A stretch of 64,000 nucleotides of DNA from the NCBI GenBank assembly GCA_965242805.1, contig CBDETD010000002.1, positions 413,156-477,155 on the forward strand, read 5' to 3'. Positions within the stretch are counted from its first letter, which is position 1. Each line of letters begins with the position of its first letter. Positions 1-8,831 of the stretch are shown piece by piece. The DNA is from Cyclobacteriaceae bacterium (GTDB taxonomy: Bacteria > Bacteroidota > Bacteroidia > Cytophagales > Cyclobacteriaceae). The notes under the pieces are model-generated. The model worked only from the letters and a program-made list of their open reading frames with translations, searched no databases and was not told the origin of the DNA. A program made the translations under genes and the position numbers.

Positions 1-355
1 AAAGCGTTAATAAATGCTGCTCATAATTTCTGTCGCTAATGGTAATGATGCTATCCTCAAGACATTCAAGAAAGTGCTCAGAGGGTTCCCCGTTTCCATC
101 GTAAGCATGAGGCGTAATTTTATCACCTTCTATAAAAAAGCCTGTTGTTTTCTCTTCACCATTCGTGATGGTGTATTCTCTAACACATCCTTCAATGACG
201 GTAAAACATTTCGTAGGAACCTGACCTTGTCTTAATAAAACTGTACCCTTGACAGGTTCATCAATGATGGTCTCTTCAACAATTAAGTTCTTCTCCTCCT
301 GGGACAATACATTGATCCGATCAATAAACGCCCTGACTTTTTCCCTTGAATCCAT
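1..355 (-). CDS. Crp/Fnr-family cyclic-nucleotide-binding regulator, N-terminal part (gene runs off the left edge)
   Basis: This gene is absent from the ORF track because it has no in-window stop. Hand translation of the minus strand from the ATG at 353-355 gives 118 stop-free codons: MDSREKVRAFIDRINVLSQEEKNLIVEETIIDEPVKGTVLLRQGQVPTKCFTVIEGCVREYTITNGEEKTTGFFIEGDKITPHAYDG... This is the typical cNMP-binding beta-roll pattern. The plus-strand ORF 14..235 is its antisense shadow. Confidence 0.7.
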   Translation of the reverse strand, partial: MDSREKVRAFIDRINVLSQEEKNLIVEETIIDEPVKGTVLLRQGQVPTKCFTVIEGCVREYTITNGEEKTTGFFIEGDKITPHAYDGNGEPSEHFLECLEDSIITISDRNYEQHLLTL

Positions 356-531
356 TTGTGTGAATGTTTGATCTTCTAACTATTCTGAAGAGATTGTCAT
401 CTTCAGTTACGTTTACCGACAAGATAGGCAGAATGAATGAACGATGGAAGATCTAGGTATAATTCTAGAATTACCTTTACCCAGAGTTAGCCGATAAAGT
501 TTAAGGAGTAGAATTTGGGCGAGAAATGACG

Positions 532-987
532 CTACCAGTCTGACTTCATTTTAGACAGGTCTCTAATGAGCTTTTTGGCGATGGCTTTGGCTCTTTTTTT
601 TACTTTGGTAGCTTTTCTTCCCTCAAAGGAATTGTCAATCGACTCTGTGAATAAATCCAACCACCGTTCAAAATGGACAGTCCGAATTGGCAAGATTACG
701 TGTTTATGCAGCAGGGCTGTGTCCTGAGTTTCGTTGCGGATTATAGCATACCAGAATTGGTAAATTTTTGGTAAATGAGTCTTGAAATCAGTGAATTTCT
801 CAAAAACAGGGCCTAATAGGTCATCCTTCTGAGCTTTGTGATAAAAATCATCTACAAATGAACGGATATCTCCTTCGGTCTGAATGTCCGTTTTTTTGTT
901 CGATTCATAGCGGGTCATTATTTTAAAATTTTCTTTGTGAAGTTTCTGCAACTCTTTCTTTAAGTTAGGTAACGGTAGGTAAAACAT
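532..987 (-). CDS. Group III truncated hemoglobin-like protein
   Basis: The pattern FVDDFYHKAQKDDLLGPVF ... HLPKIYQFWYAII ... LLHKHVILPIRTVHFERWLDLFTESID ... KKRAKAIA matches the FY-K--D--LGP-F / FW / H--LP / F--WL-LF-ES / RA--IA signature of group III trHb such as Campylobacter Ctb. The true start may be the internal Met at 918. Confidence 0.65.
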   Translation of the reverse strand: MFYLPLPNLKKELQKLHKENFKIMTRYESNKKTDIQTEGDIRSFVDDFYHKAQKDDLLGPVFEKFTDFKTHLPKIYQFWYAIIRNETQDTALLHKHVILPIRTVHFERWLDLFTESIDNSFEGRKATKVKKRAKAIAKKLIRDLSKMKSDW

Positions 988-1182
988 TAAATCTTTTATT
1001 GCATAGGGTTAGTGCCATCTCTTTACCAGTACATTGTATGAAAAAAATAGTTAGCTAAGACTTCCTTTGGGATTGTTACATAAGCTTGATGCCAATCATA
1101 TGGCAAATCTCAGTCTACCACGCTTATGATATGTTTGAGAATAACGGATTTTTTTAAGTAGATTTAGTTAAAATCAAACTTT

Positions 1183-1635
1183 ATGGACCTATCCGAATTT
1201 CCTATTCCAAAAGAGGGTTATGTGGTTACCCAGTTCCTGGTTGTGAGTGATGCCATAGCTTCTGCCAGATACTATGAGCGGGTTTTTGGCGCAAAGCTAT
1301 TACACGAAGGCCATCCTTCTTTTGTTAAGATGGCCAATACCTGGCTAATTCTCAATGAAGGCGGTGGGCCAACAGAAGATAAACCTGAGTATTATTTAGA
1401 AGCACCTACACCAGAATCGAGAATATCCAATAGCTTCTTAAATATTCGTGTCGCCGACATAGAACAATGCTTTAAAGATTGGCAGGCGGCGGGTGCGGAT
1501 TTCTTGACTGAACCTAAAGATATGGGTGCCGAATATCGATGCTACATCAAAGACCCCGATGGACATATTATCGAAGTAGGACAACTAAAAGATAATCCCA
1601 CTACGCTTTCAAATACCGACGGGACAACAATCTAG
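1183..1635 (+). CDS. VOC (glyoxalase/bleomycin-resistance/dioxygenase) family protein
   Basis: The 150-aa ORF has YYERVFGAKLLHEG near the N-terminus and IKDPDGHIIEVGQ near the C-terminus. These are the classic paired beta-alpha-beta-beta-beta VOC motifs. Confidence 0.75.
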   Translation: MDLSEFPIPKEGYVVTQFLVVSDAIASARYYERVFGAKLLHEGHPSFVKMANTWLILNEGGGPTEDKPEYYLEAPTPESRISNSFLNIRVADIEQCFKDWQAAGADFLTEPKDMGAEYRCYIKDPDGHIIEVGQLKDNPTTLSNTDGTTI

Positions 1636-1847
1636 TCGGAAAATAATATCAAGTTGTTATGAAAAAATGACCAAATCCCTTCAATAGAACCTCTGAAAAT
1701 TGACCTTATCTCGTGAAAGGATTAAAAAATCTTGTAAATAGAAAAAGCCCATCACGAAATACCCTCAATATAAAAGTTGATTCATTTCCTTTAATTTTTG
1801 TCCATTGGTGTATCAGTCCTAAGTCGAAGAAAAAATCTTCTAATAGA

Positions 1848-1863
1848 GAACAAAGGTTTGTGC
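1848..1863. promoter_or_regulatory. Candidate LacI-family operator, site 1 (GAACAAAGGTTTGTGC)
   Basis: This is an imperfect palindrome 28 nt upstream of the LacI-family gene ATG. It is identical at 14 of 16 positions to the site at 3027..3042 upstream of the first PUL gene. Confidence 0.5.
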
Positions 1864-1890
1864 AAATGACCTTAAATTGTATCTTATATC

Positions 1891-2934
1891 ATGAAGAAAA
1901 GGAATGATCCAACACTAGTCAGTATTTCCGAGCATTTAAATGTTTCTATTTCTACTGTTTCGCGGGCGCTAAGTGGACAGTCAAAAAAGTACCGAATTAG
2001 TGAAAAGACGACTCAACTGATACTGGAAACTGCTAAACAGTTTAATTATAAACCGAACCAATTAGCTCGAGGTTTAAGACTAAAAAAAACCAATACAATT
2101 GGAGTAATTGTCCCAGACATCACCAACCCATTTTTTTCAGTAATTGTAAGAAGCATTGAAAATGCAGCACGTCAAAATGATGTGACCATATTAATCTCAG
2201 ATTCTAATAATCAGTCTGAATTTGAAAAGTCGGCAGTCAAAGAATTTGTGTCTCGAAAAATAGATGGTTTGATCATAGCTCCGATTGGGCATGAATCATT
2301 ACATATCACAGAAGTTAATGACATGAGTATCCCTATTGTATTGATGGACAGATATTTAAGTGATATTGATGCGCCATTCGTGGGGTCTGATAATTACCTT
2401 GGTGCTAAAGAAGCTGTTAATTTCTTGATTAAGAATGGTCATCACAAAATAGGTTTAAATCAAGGATTTAAAAAATCCAGCGTGAACCAGGATCGTTTTG
2501 AAGGTTATTGTGATGCCTTGACGGAGAGCGGAATAACTGTCGATCCCAATTTAATTGTTGGAGATAATTTCGATGAAGAGAGCGGATATATTGGAGCAAA
2601 ACTCCTATTGGGTGGCAGAAGAGAAATCACAGCCATATTCGCGGCGAATAATTCCATCGCTCTTGGATCTATAAAAGCAATCCAGGAAGAAAAATTACAT
2701 ATTCCGGATGATATATCTATACTTTCATTCGACGATCAATCTTTCTACAACTATTTTTCTCCACCATTGTCATCTGTTGCTCAGCAGACTAAGGAAATTG
2801 GACGAATTGCATATAAGATATTAACTGATATGATCGATAAAAAATCGTCAGAGCAGCCTCACAAAATTCAACTGCCAACACAATTGATCATGCGAGAATC
2901 GGTCAAAGACATTCGTGTTCTAACTACTAACTAA
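1891..2934 (+). CDS. LacI-family transcriptional regulator (RusR-like position in the locus)
   Basis: The N-terminal HTH is LVSISEHLNVSISTVSRALSG. It is followed by a periplasmic-binding-protein-like sugar-binding core (TIGVIVPDITNPFF, DGLIIAP, AIFAANNSIALG, DDISILSFDD). Confidence 0.9.
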   Translation: MKKRNDPTLVSISEHLNVSISTVSRALSGQSKKYRISEKTTQLILETAKQFNYKPNQLARGLRLKKTNTIGVIVPDITNPFFSVIVRSIENAARQNDVTILISDSNNQSEFEKSAVKEFVSRKIDGLIIAPIGHESLHITEVNDMSIPIVLMDRYLSDIDAPFVGSDNYLGAKEAVNFLIKNGHHKIGLNQGFKKSSVNQDRFEGYCDALTESGITVDPNLIVGDNFDEESGYIGAKLLLGGRREITAIFAANNSIALGSIKAIQEEKLHIPDDISILSFDDQSFYNYFSPPLSSVAQQTKEIGRIAYKILTDMIDKKSSEQPHKIQLPTQLIMRESVKDIRVLTTN

Positions 2935-3026
2935 CCTAAATAGTTGATTACTAGCCATCTATGTCCAGGAATCAATCGGGAATTAACTAAATAAGATTTG
3001 GAGAATGCATATTGATTAAGTAATTT

Positions 3027-3042
3027 GCACAAAGGATTGTGC
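3027..3042. promoter_or_regulatory. Candidate LacI-family operator, site 2 (GCACAAAGGATTGTGC)
   Basis: GCACAA-AGGA-TTGTGC is a perfect 6+4+6 palindrome, 66 nt upstream of the first PUL structural gene (3108). It closely matches site 1. Confidence 0.5.
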
Positions 3043-3107
3043 TATAACTACTTTTATATTGGTTCAAGAAGTCATTAATAAGAGTATAGACCCAAAACCA
3101 TAATATT

Positions 3108-4076
3108 ATGAAAGTCAATAGTTATTTCAATCTACTTGTCTGTTTCCTTTGTTTTACTTTTCTGACAGTACTGCTTGGATGTGGAGACGATTCCAATGAT
3201 CCACCTCCAGTTATTAATCAATCACCAGATTTATCTGGATTAATTGACGTAACGTTGAGTCCTGGATTCGAAACCCATGAAATTGATTTTGCCAATTTTG
3301 TAACTGATCAGGAAGGCGACATTATTACGTATGATGTTACTAATAGTAATGACGATGTAATCACCATTAGTCTGAGCGGATCAGTGCTGACCATTACTGA
3401 GGTAGGTCCTGGCTCTTCTGACATCACCATAACCGCAACCGACGGAAATGAGGGGAATGATGTAACCACCACATTTACTGTAACTGTAGAGGAAGTTATG
3501 GGAGCTCCTGACTTTACAGGTACTTCTGCGGTAATGATTGATTTCAATGGACTTACTGAAGGCAGCGTATTTGATAATCCAGTACCTGGCTTCACCATTG
3601 AAGGATTGACCGCCGACGGTGAATACGACGGTGCAGATATTGGCCCGATCCTAATTGAAAATGATCATTGGTATATCACGAATAATGCTGAGGTCACCTA
3701 TATGTGGTCGGAGTTTGAACTGGGTGGCAACCAGGATTTTACAGGTAAAAAATTAAGATTCGATTACAGTTTCTTTACAGCCCCTGCTTTCAACAACGCT
3801 CATTGGGAGGATGATCCTCCAGGAGTTGATGTACAAGTTTATGTCATTGATTCTGAATGGGGTGATGTCGGCGGTGGTAAATATAGATTTAGCAGTCTGA
3901 ATCTTGAATTCAGCACAGAGTGGCAATCCGTAGAAATTCCACTGGCAAATTTTACCAGCTTATGGGATCTTCCAGTTGATGTATCCGCAATAGGATGGTT
4001 TGGGATGGAAGTTTGGGGTGGAACACCTGGCGCTCCTATCTCATTCCGTATTGACAATTTTGGAATTGTAGACTAG
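3108..4076 (+). CDS. Surface lipoprotein with an Ig/cadherin-like domain and a C-terminal jelly-roll (CBM-like) domain; SGBP-like
   Basis: The lipoprotein signal is LTVLLGCGDD. An Ig-like segment follows (ITYDVTNSNDDVITISLSGSVLTITEVGPGSSDITITATDG). The beta-rich C-terminus reads EWQSVEIPLANF...ISFRIDNFGIV. The gene lies directly upstream of susC. The binding function is inferred from context only. Confidence 0.55.
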   Translation: MKVNSYFNLLVCFLCFTFLTVLLGCGDDSNDPPPVINQSPDLSGLIDVTLSPGFETHEIDFANFVTDQEGDIITYDVTNSNDDVITISLSGSVLTITEVGPGSSDITITATDGNEGNDVTTTFTVTVEEVMGAPDFTGTSAVMIDFNGLTEGSVFDNPVPGFTIEGLTADGEYDGADIGPILIENDHWYITNNAEVTYMWSEFELGGNQDFTGKKLRFDYSFFTAPAFNNAHWEDDPPGVDVQVYVIDSEWGDVGGGKYRFSSLNLEFSTEWQSVEIPLANFTSLWDLPVDVSAIGWFGMEVWGGTPGAPISFRIDNFGIVD

Positions 4077-4113
4077 GCGGTTCAACAGCCTCGCACATCT
4101 AATCTGTACTTTG

Positions 4114-7100
4114 ATGAAAAAGTGCACTAAACTTTTAGTGGGCATTGTATCCATGTTGCTTTGCCTCCAACAGGCCTTTGCGCAGCTAACTATAACGGGC
4201 AAAATTACGGATGAAGCTCAAGTCGGTATGCCAGGTACAACCGTACTTGTGAAAGGCACAACATTGGGTACAATCTCAGATGCTGAGGGTAATTATACCA
4301 TCGTGGTCCCTGAAAGTAACATGACCCTCATTTTTAGCTTTCTCGGCTATAAATCGCAGCAAGTAGTGGTTGGAGACAGGGCCAAAATTGATGTCACTTT
4401 GGAGCTTGATAACTTGGAACTGGAATCCGTTGTGGTGGTAGGTTATGGATCTCAAAGAAAGCAGGATATCACCGGAGCAGTTGCCGTAGTCAATACAGAT
4501 GATCTTACGAAGAGTTCTTACACCAACGTGACGGATCGCCTGCAGGGAAGGGTCACTGGTGTAACCGTAAGAACCAGTGGTGAGCCCGGAACTATTGGCG
4601 ATGTCACAATTCGTGGTGTTTCATTTTTTGGCGACAACAATCCTTTGTACGTCATTGATGGTATTCCCACTGAAGACAGCCCTAATATCAATCCTTCAGA
4701 TATAGAAACCATTCAGGTTTTGAAAGATGCTTCATCATCTGCAATTTATGGCTCCCGGGCTGCCAATGGAGTAGTGGTGATCACTACCAAAAAGGGCCAG
4801 GCTGGAAAACCAGTGATCACGTTTGATGCCAGTTTTGGCATTCAGCAGTTTCCTCAAAAAATGGATGTGGTCAATACGGCAGAATTTGCCAGGATCCACA
4901 ATGCTGCTTATGATAATGCCGGATTTCCTCGTAGGAACTGGTCTGCAGATATCTCACATGGTGTAGATACCGATTGGCAGGATGAGGTCTTTAGCAATGC
5001 AGCCCTGATGCAGGATTATAATTTGGCCGTGTCCGGAGGAAGTGATAAGAGCAAGGTCTATTTCAATATTAATAACACGAATCAGGAAGGAACGCTGGAA
5101 GGTGTACTTTTCAATAGAGTAGGAGCCCGTATCAATACGGAATTCGACCTCAGCGACAAAATTAAGATTGGGCAAAACCTTGCTGTAAGCAAGACTCGTC
5201 AGAGTGGTCAACAGGTGTTGAACGCTCAAAGTGTGTTAGGAGGCGGTGGAGATGCCGTCATCAATTCTGCATTGATGATGTTCCCCACCATTCCTGTTTA
5301 TGATCCGAGAAGATTAAGCGGATACGGACATGGCACTATCCCTGATGCTGAGATCTATTTGTATAACCCGGTAGGCATTCGAGAAATGTTTAGAGGTCGT
5401 GAAGATCATACTCGAGTTATTGGGAATATTTTCGCTAATGTTAATATCATCGAAGGCCTTGAGTTTAGGGTGAATGTAGCGGCCGATGCAGATGATGGCT
5501 TTGCAAAGACCTATCAAAGAGGGGGACAGATCACAACAGAACTCGTGCATCTCTCAGGTCTGGAGGAGAGCAATTCAAGAAGCTCCATGTTGCTAATTGA
5601 GAACCGATTGACCTATAACAAGGAAATCGGTGATCATGAATTTTCTATAATGGCTACTCATACAGAGCAACAATTTGATTTCAGACAAAATGGGATATCA
5701 ATTAATGGAGGGTTTGATGGCCAGAATCCATTTTTTCAAATTTCATCAACTACGGCGGACCCTACAGATATCACCACTTATGGTGATAAACTAACTTCGA
5801 CTATCCGATCCTATCTCGGAAGATTCAATTACAATTATTCTGACAAGTACTTACTTACGGCCAATTTTAGAGCTGATGGCTCTTCAAAATTCCCTAAAAA
5901 GAATAGGTGGGGTACGTTCCCTTCAATGTCCGCCGGATGGAACATAAGCGAGGAAAATTTCTTTAATGTTCCTGTCGTAGATAATCTAAAATTACGTGTG
6001 GGTTATGGTGAGGTAGGTAATGCCAGTATTAATGACTATGCCTATCAGTCCCTGATTTTTACCAGTTCGGTAGGAGGGGTCAATTACAATCTAGGGTTTG
6101 ATGACATTAGTGTAATCGGATCTACTCGTGACGGTATTGTTAATGATAATCTGAAATGGGAAACGCTTAAGGAGACAAATATAGGAATGGATCTGGTCCT
6201 TCTAGACGGGAAATTTGAAATTATAGGTGATTACTATATAGGCGAGCTTGAGGATTTGTTGGTTGCCGCTCCTGTTCCTGGTACTTCCGGTGAAGGTGAA
6301 GGTGGTACCACGGTGATCAACGTGGCTACAATGGAAAGGTCAGGATGGGAGATTTCGTTACGATATCGCGAGATGGAAGGTGATTTGAAGTATGATGTTT
6401 CGGCAAACCTATTCAGGACCAGCAACGAAGTAACTCACCTACCTATGGGAGATCTACCTGGATTGTATTCAATTACACGTGTTGGACAACCTATTGGACA
6501 GCTATATACTTTGGATTATCTGGGAATCTATAGAGACGCTTCGGAATTAACTGAATATACAATAGTAAACCAGACACCGGAGCTTGGAGATGCAAAATAT
6601 CGAGATGCCAGCGGAGATGGAAATGTGAGTGAAGGTGAGGATAGAGTGATCGTTGGAGACCCAAACCCAGGTGTACAATATGGATTGAATCTTAATGCCA
6701 ACTGGAAGAATTTCGAATTCTCAATTTTCTTCCAGGGAATGCATGGAAGGGACGCTTTCAACGCCATCAAGTATACAATGAACACTAGTGCACAAACCAG
6801 TTATACCGGGGACTATGATCCATACATTGAAGGTGTTGGATCTGATCCGAGACCAACGGCTGATTTTGGAAGCCCAAATAACATAGCCAGCGACTTATTT
6901 GTAGAAGATGCGTCTTATTTGAGAGTGAAAAACCTTCGGATTGGCTACAAGGTCCCTTGGGACCAGGTGAGTAGCTTGGTTGTATTCATAGGTGGCCAAA
7001 ACCTGTTGACTTTTACCGATTATACAGGAATGGATCCGGAGTTTGAGAGTAGTATCCTTTCCCCGGGGGTTGACTGGGGTGGATTTCCGAACATCAGGAT

Positions 7101-7131
7101 CTACAATGCAGGTTTGAATCTTAGATTCTAA
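4114..7131 (+). CDS. susC: SusC/RagA-family TonB-dependent outer-membrane transporter
   Basis: There is a signal peptide, then a CarboxypepD_reg-like N-domain (ITGKITDEAQVGMPGTTVLVKGTTLGTISDAEGNYTI). Plug motifs are NPLYVIDGIP and IQVLKDASSSAIYGSRAANGVVVITTKKG. The C-terminus NAGLNLRF is typical of the family. The track starts at TTG 4111; I prefer the ATG at 4114. Confidence 0.95.
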   Translation: MKKCTKLLVGIVSMLLCLQQAFAQLTITGKITDEAQVGMPGTTVLVKGTTLGTISDAEGNYTIVVPESNMTLIFSFLGYKSQQVVVGDRAKIDVTLELDNLELESVVVVGYGSQRKQDITGAVAVVNTDDLTKSSYTNVTDRLQGRVTGVTVRTSGEPGTIGDVTIRGVSFFGDNNPLYVIDGIPTEDSPNINPSDIETIQVLKDASSSAIYGSRAANGVVVITTKKGQAGKPVITFDASFGIQQFPQKMDVVNTAEFARIHNAAYDNAGFPRRNWSADISHGVDTDWQDEVFSNAALMQDYNLAVSGGSDKSKVYFNINNTNQEGTLEGVLFNRVGARINTEFDLSDKIKIGQNLAVSKTRQSGQQVLNAQSVLGGGGDAVINSALMMFPTIPVYDPRRLSGYGHGTIPDAEIYLYNPVGIREMFRGREDHTRVIGNIFANVNIIEGLEFRVNVAADADDGFAKTYQRGGQITTELVHLSGLEESNSRSSMLLIENRLTYNKEIGDHEFSIMATHTEQQFDFRQNGISINGGFDGQNPFFQISSTTADPTDITTYGDKLTSTIRSYLGRFNYNYSDKYLLTANFRADGSSKFPKKNRWGTFPSMSAGWNISEENFFNVPVVDNLKLRVGYGEVGNASINDYAYQSLIFTSSVGGVNYNLGFDDISVIGSTRDGIVNDNLKWETLKETNIGMDLVLLDGKFEIIGDYYIGELEDLLVAAPVPGTSGEGEGGTTVINVATMERSGWEISLRYREMEGDLKYDVSANLFRTSNEVTHLPMGDLPGLYSITRVGQPIGQLYTLDYLGIYRDASELTEYTIVNQTPELGDAKYRDASGDGNVSEGEDRVIVGDPNPGVQYGLNLNANWKNFEFSIFFQGMHGRDAFNAIKYTMNTSAQTSYTGDYDPYIEGVGSDPRPTADFGSPNNIASDLFVEDASYLRVKNLRIGYKVPWDQVSSLVVFIGGQNLLTFTDYTGMDPEFESSILSPGVDWGGFPNIRIYNAGLNLRF

Positions 7132-7156
7132 TGCCAATTATCTAAAAGAACTAATA

Positions 7157-8710
7157 ATGAAGAATCTAATATATAAATCAATTTTTCTGAGTTTACTGAT
7201 TGGTCTTTCTGCTTGCACGGAACTGGAGCAGATCAATCCTAACTTACCGACCGAGGAAAGCTTCTGGCAAACTAAAGATGATTTCTATCAAGGTCTAATA
7301 GGTGCCTATGACCATCTGCAAAACGATGAAATGTATGCCGGTAAAATCCAGCAAACACTAAATTCTCTTTCAGACGAGGGTTTCACAGATGAATTGGGAG
7401 AACCGTTGAACCTGGCAACTTTTACATCTGACCTAGACAATGAATTCCATGTAACACCTTGGTATGATTTCTACACGCTAATCGCGAGGGCTTATCAGGT
7501 CATCGAAAGGGGAGAACGGAGTAATGTACAGGGTATAGACGGAATCATTGGAGAAGCCAAGTTCCTTGTTGCGTTGTCATATTATCATTTAGTAAGTTTT
7601 TATGGTGAAGGGATTGCCTATGTAGATGGCATACAGGGATCCAGTGACAGGCCACGAAAAGCAGGGCCAGGGGAGATCTGGGATTTTACGGAAAACCTGC
7701 TTATCGATGCGATTGATGTCTTGCCGGATACTTATGTCATTTCGGATTTTGGGAGAGCGACCAAGGGTGCCGCGCAGTCCTTACTGGCTAAAGTCCATAT
7801 GCAGCAGAACGATTACGATGCTGCTGAGATCATACTCAGTCAAATCGTAGCATCCGGAAATTACGAACTCAATAGTGACTATGAGTCTAATTTCACGGAA
7901 GAACTTACCACAGGAAATGAGGAAGTGATTTTCCAGGTGAATTTCTTACATAATGGTCCCCAGGAAGAGTCTGATTTTGCCTGGTATTTCAGGATCAACA
8001 CTCCCGGGCCTTCCAGCATCGGTATTTGGGCTGATCAGCTTGCATCAGAATTCACCGTCAGATCCTATCTGGTCGAACCAGATAGGGATGGAAATTTAGA
8101 TCCACGGATAAATACCAGTCTTTTTACCGAATACAGTAATACGACTTTATATGGTCAAACCTGGGCCTGGTGGGTTGCGAATACTACGGATATTGTTACC
8201 GGGGCAAGTTTTTATAAGTTCAATGAAAACGATGCAGTACTCGATGAAATTAACAGCGGGACAGGTTTCGTGCAATGGAAAAATGGAGGTAAGGACATGA
8301 TCATCATGCGCTATGCAGACATCTTGTTATTGTACGCAGAAGCGTTGAATGAAAATGATAAAACATCTGAGGCGCATCAATACGTGAATATTGTGAGGGC
8401 AAGGGCCAATATGAATGATCTGGAAGTAACCGCAGGAGGAGAACTCAGTCAGGCAGAGTTCAGGGAGCAAATAAAGCATGAACGCCTGACGGAATTGTGT
8501 GGGGAATATATCAGGTATTTTGACTTGAAAAGATGGGGAGAATACGGGCCACAGGTAGCAAATGATTTTACAGTTCCGGCAACCGGAGATGTCATAGCCA
8601 GAGATCCCATTTTTGCCAATTTCAGGGTAGGTCAGGATGAGCTGTTCCCTATTCCATTGGACGAACTGGATCTGAATCCAGGCCTGCTGCCACAAAATCC
8701 GGGTTGGTAA
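7157..8710 (+). CDS. susD: SusD/RagB-family nutrient-binding lipoprotein
   Basis: The lipobox is LIGLSACTE. The gene starts 26 nt after susC. TPR-like SusD motifs are present (RAYQVIERG, FLVALSYYHLVSFYG, MRYADILLLYAEALNE, ERLTELCGEYIRYFDLKRW). Confidence 0.9.
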   Translation: MKNLIYKSIFLSLLIGLSACTELEQINPNLPTEESFWQTKDDFYQGLIGAYDHLQNDEMYAGKIQQTLNSLSDEGFTDELGEPLNLATFTSDLDNEFHVTPWYDFYTLIARAYQVIERGERSNVQGIDGIIGEAKFLVALSYYHLVSFYGEGIAYVDGIQGSSDRPRKAGPGEIWDFTENLLIDAIDVLPDTYVISDFGRATKGAAQSLLAKVHMQQNDYDAAEIILSQIVASGNYELNSDYESNFTEELTTGNEEVIFQVNFLHNGPQEESDFAWYFRINTPGPSSIGIWADQLASEFTVRSYLVEPDRDGNLDPRINTSLFTEYSNTTLYGQTWAWWVANTTDIVTGASFYKFNENDAVLDEINSGTGFVQWKNGGKDMIIMRYADILLLYAEALNENDKTSEAHQYVNIVRARANMNDLEVTAGGELSQAEFREQIKHERLTELCGEYIRYFDLKRWGEYGPQVANDFTVPATGDVIARDPIFANFRVGQDELFPIPLDELDLNPGLLPQNPGW

Positions 8711-8831
8711 AATCTATTCATCCCCGGATGAGGTGAAAGGATCCAACATGTAGATCGGAAATGGGAAAAGATCCCTAGGTGTAAGTAATCGGGTTATGGG
8801 ATCACTCTTTTCAGGAATTAAAAATACCTAA

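Noticed and set aside
14-235. 73-aa plus-strand ORF at the left edge
   Set aside because: It lies entirely antisense to a much better supported Crp/Fnr-like reading frame (1..355, minus strand) and has no recognisable motifs.
1713-1907. 64-aa ORF overlapping the lacI-family promoter and start
   Set aside because: It covers the operator-like palindrome and overlaps the regulator start. Its sequence is K/S-rich and low in complexity, so it is most likely non-coding.
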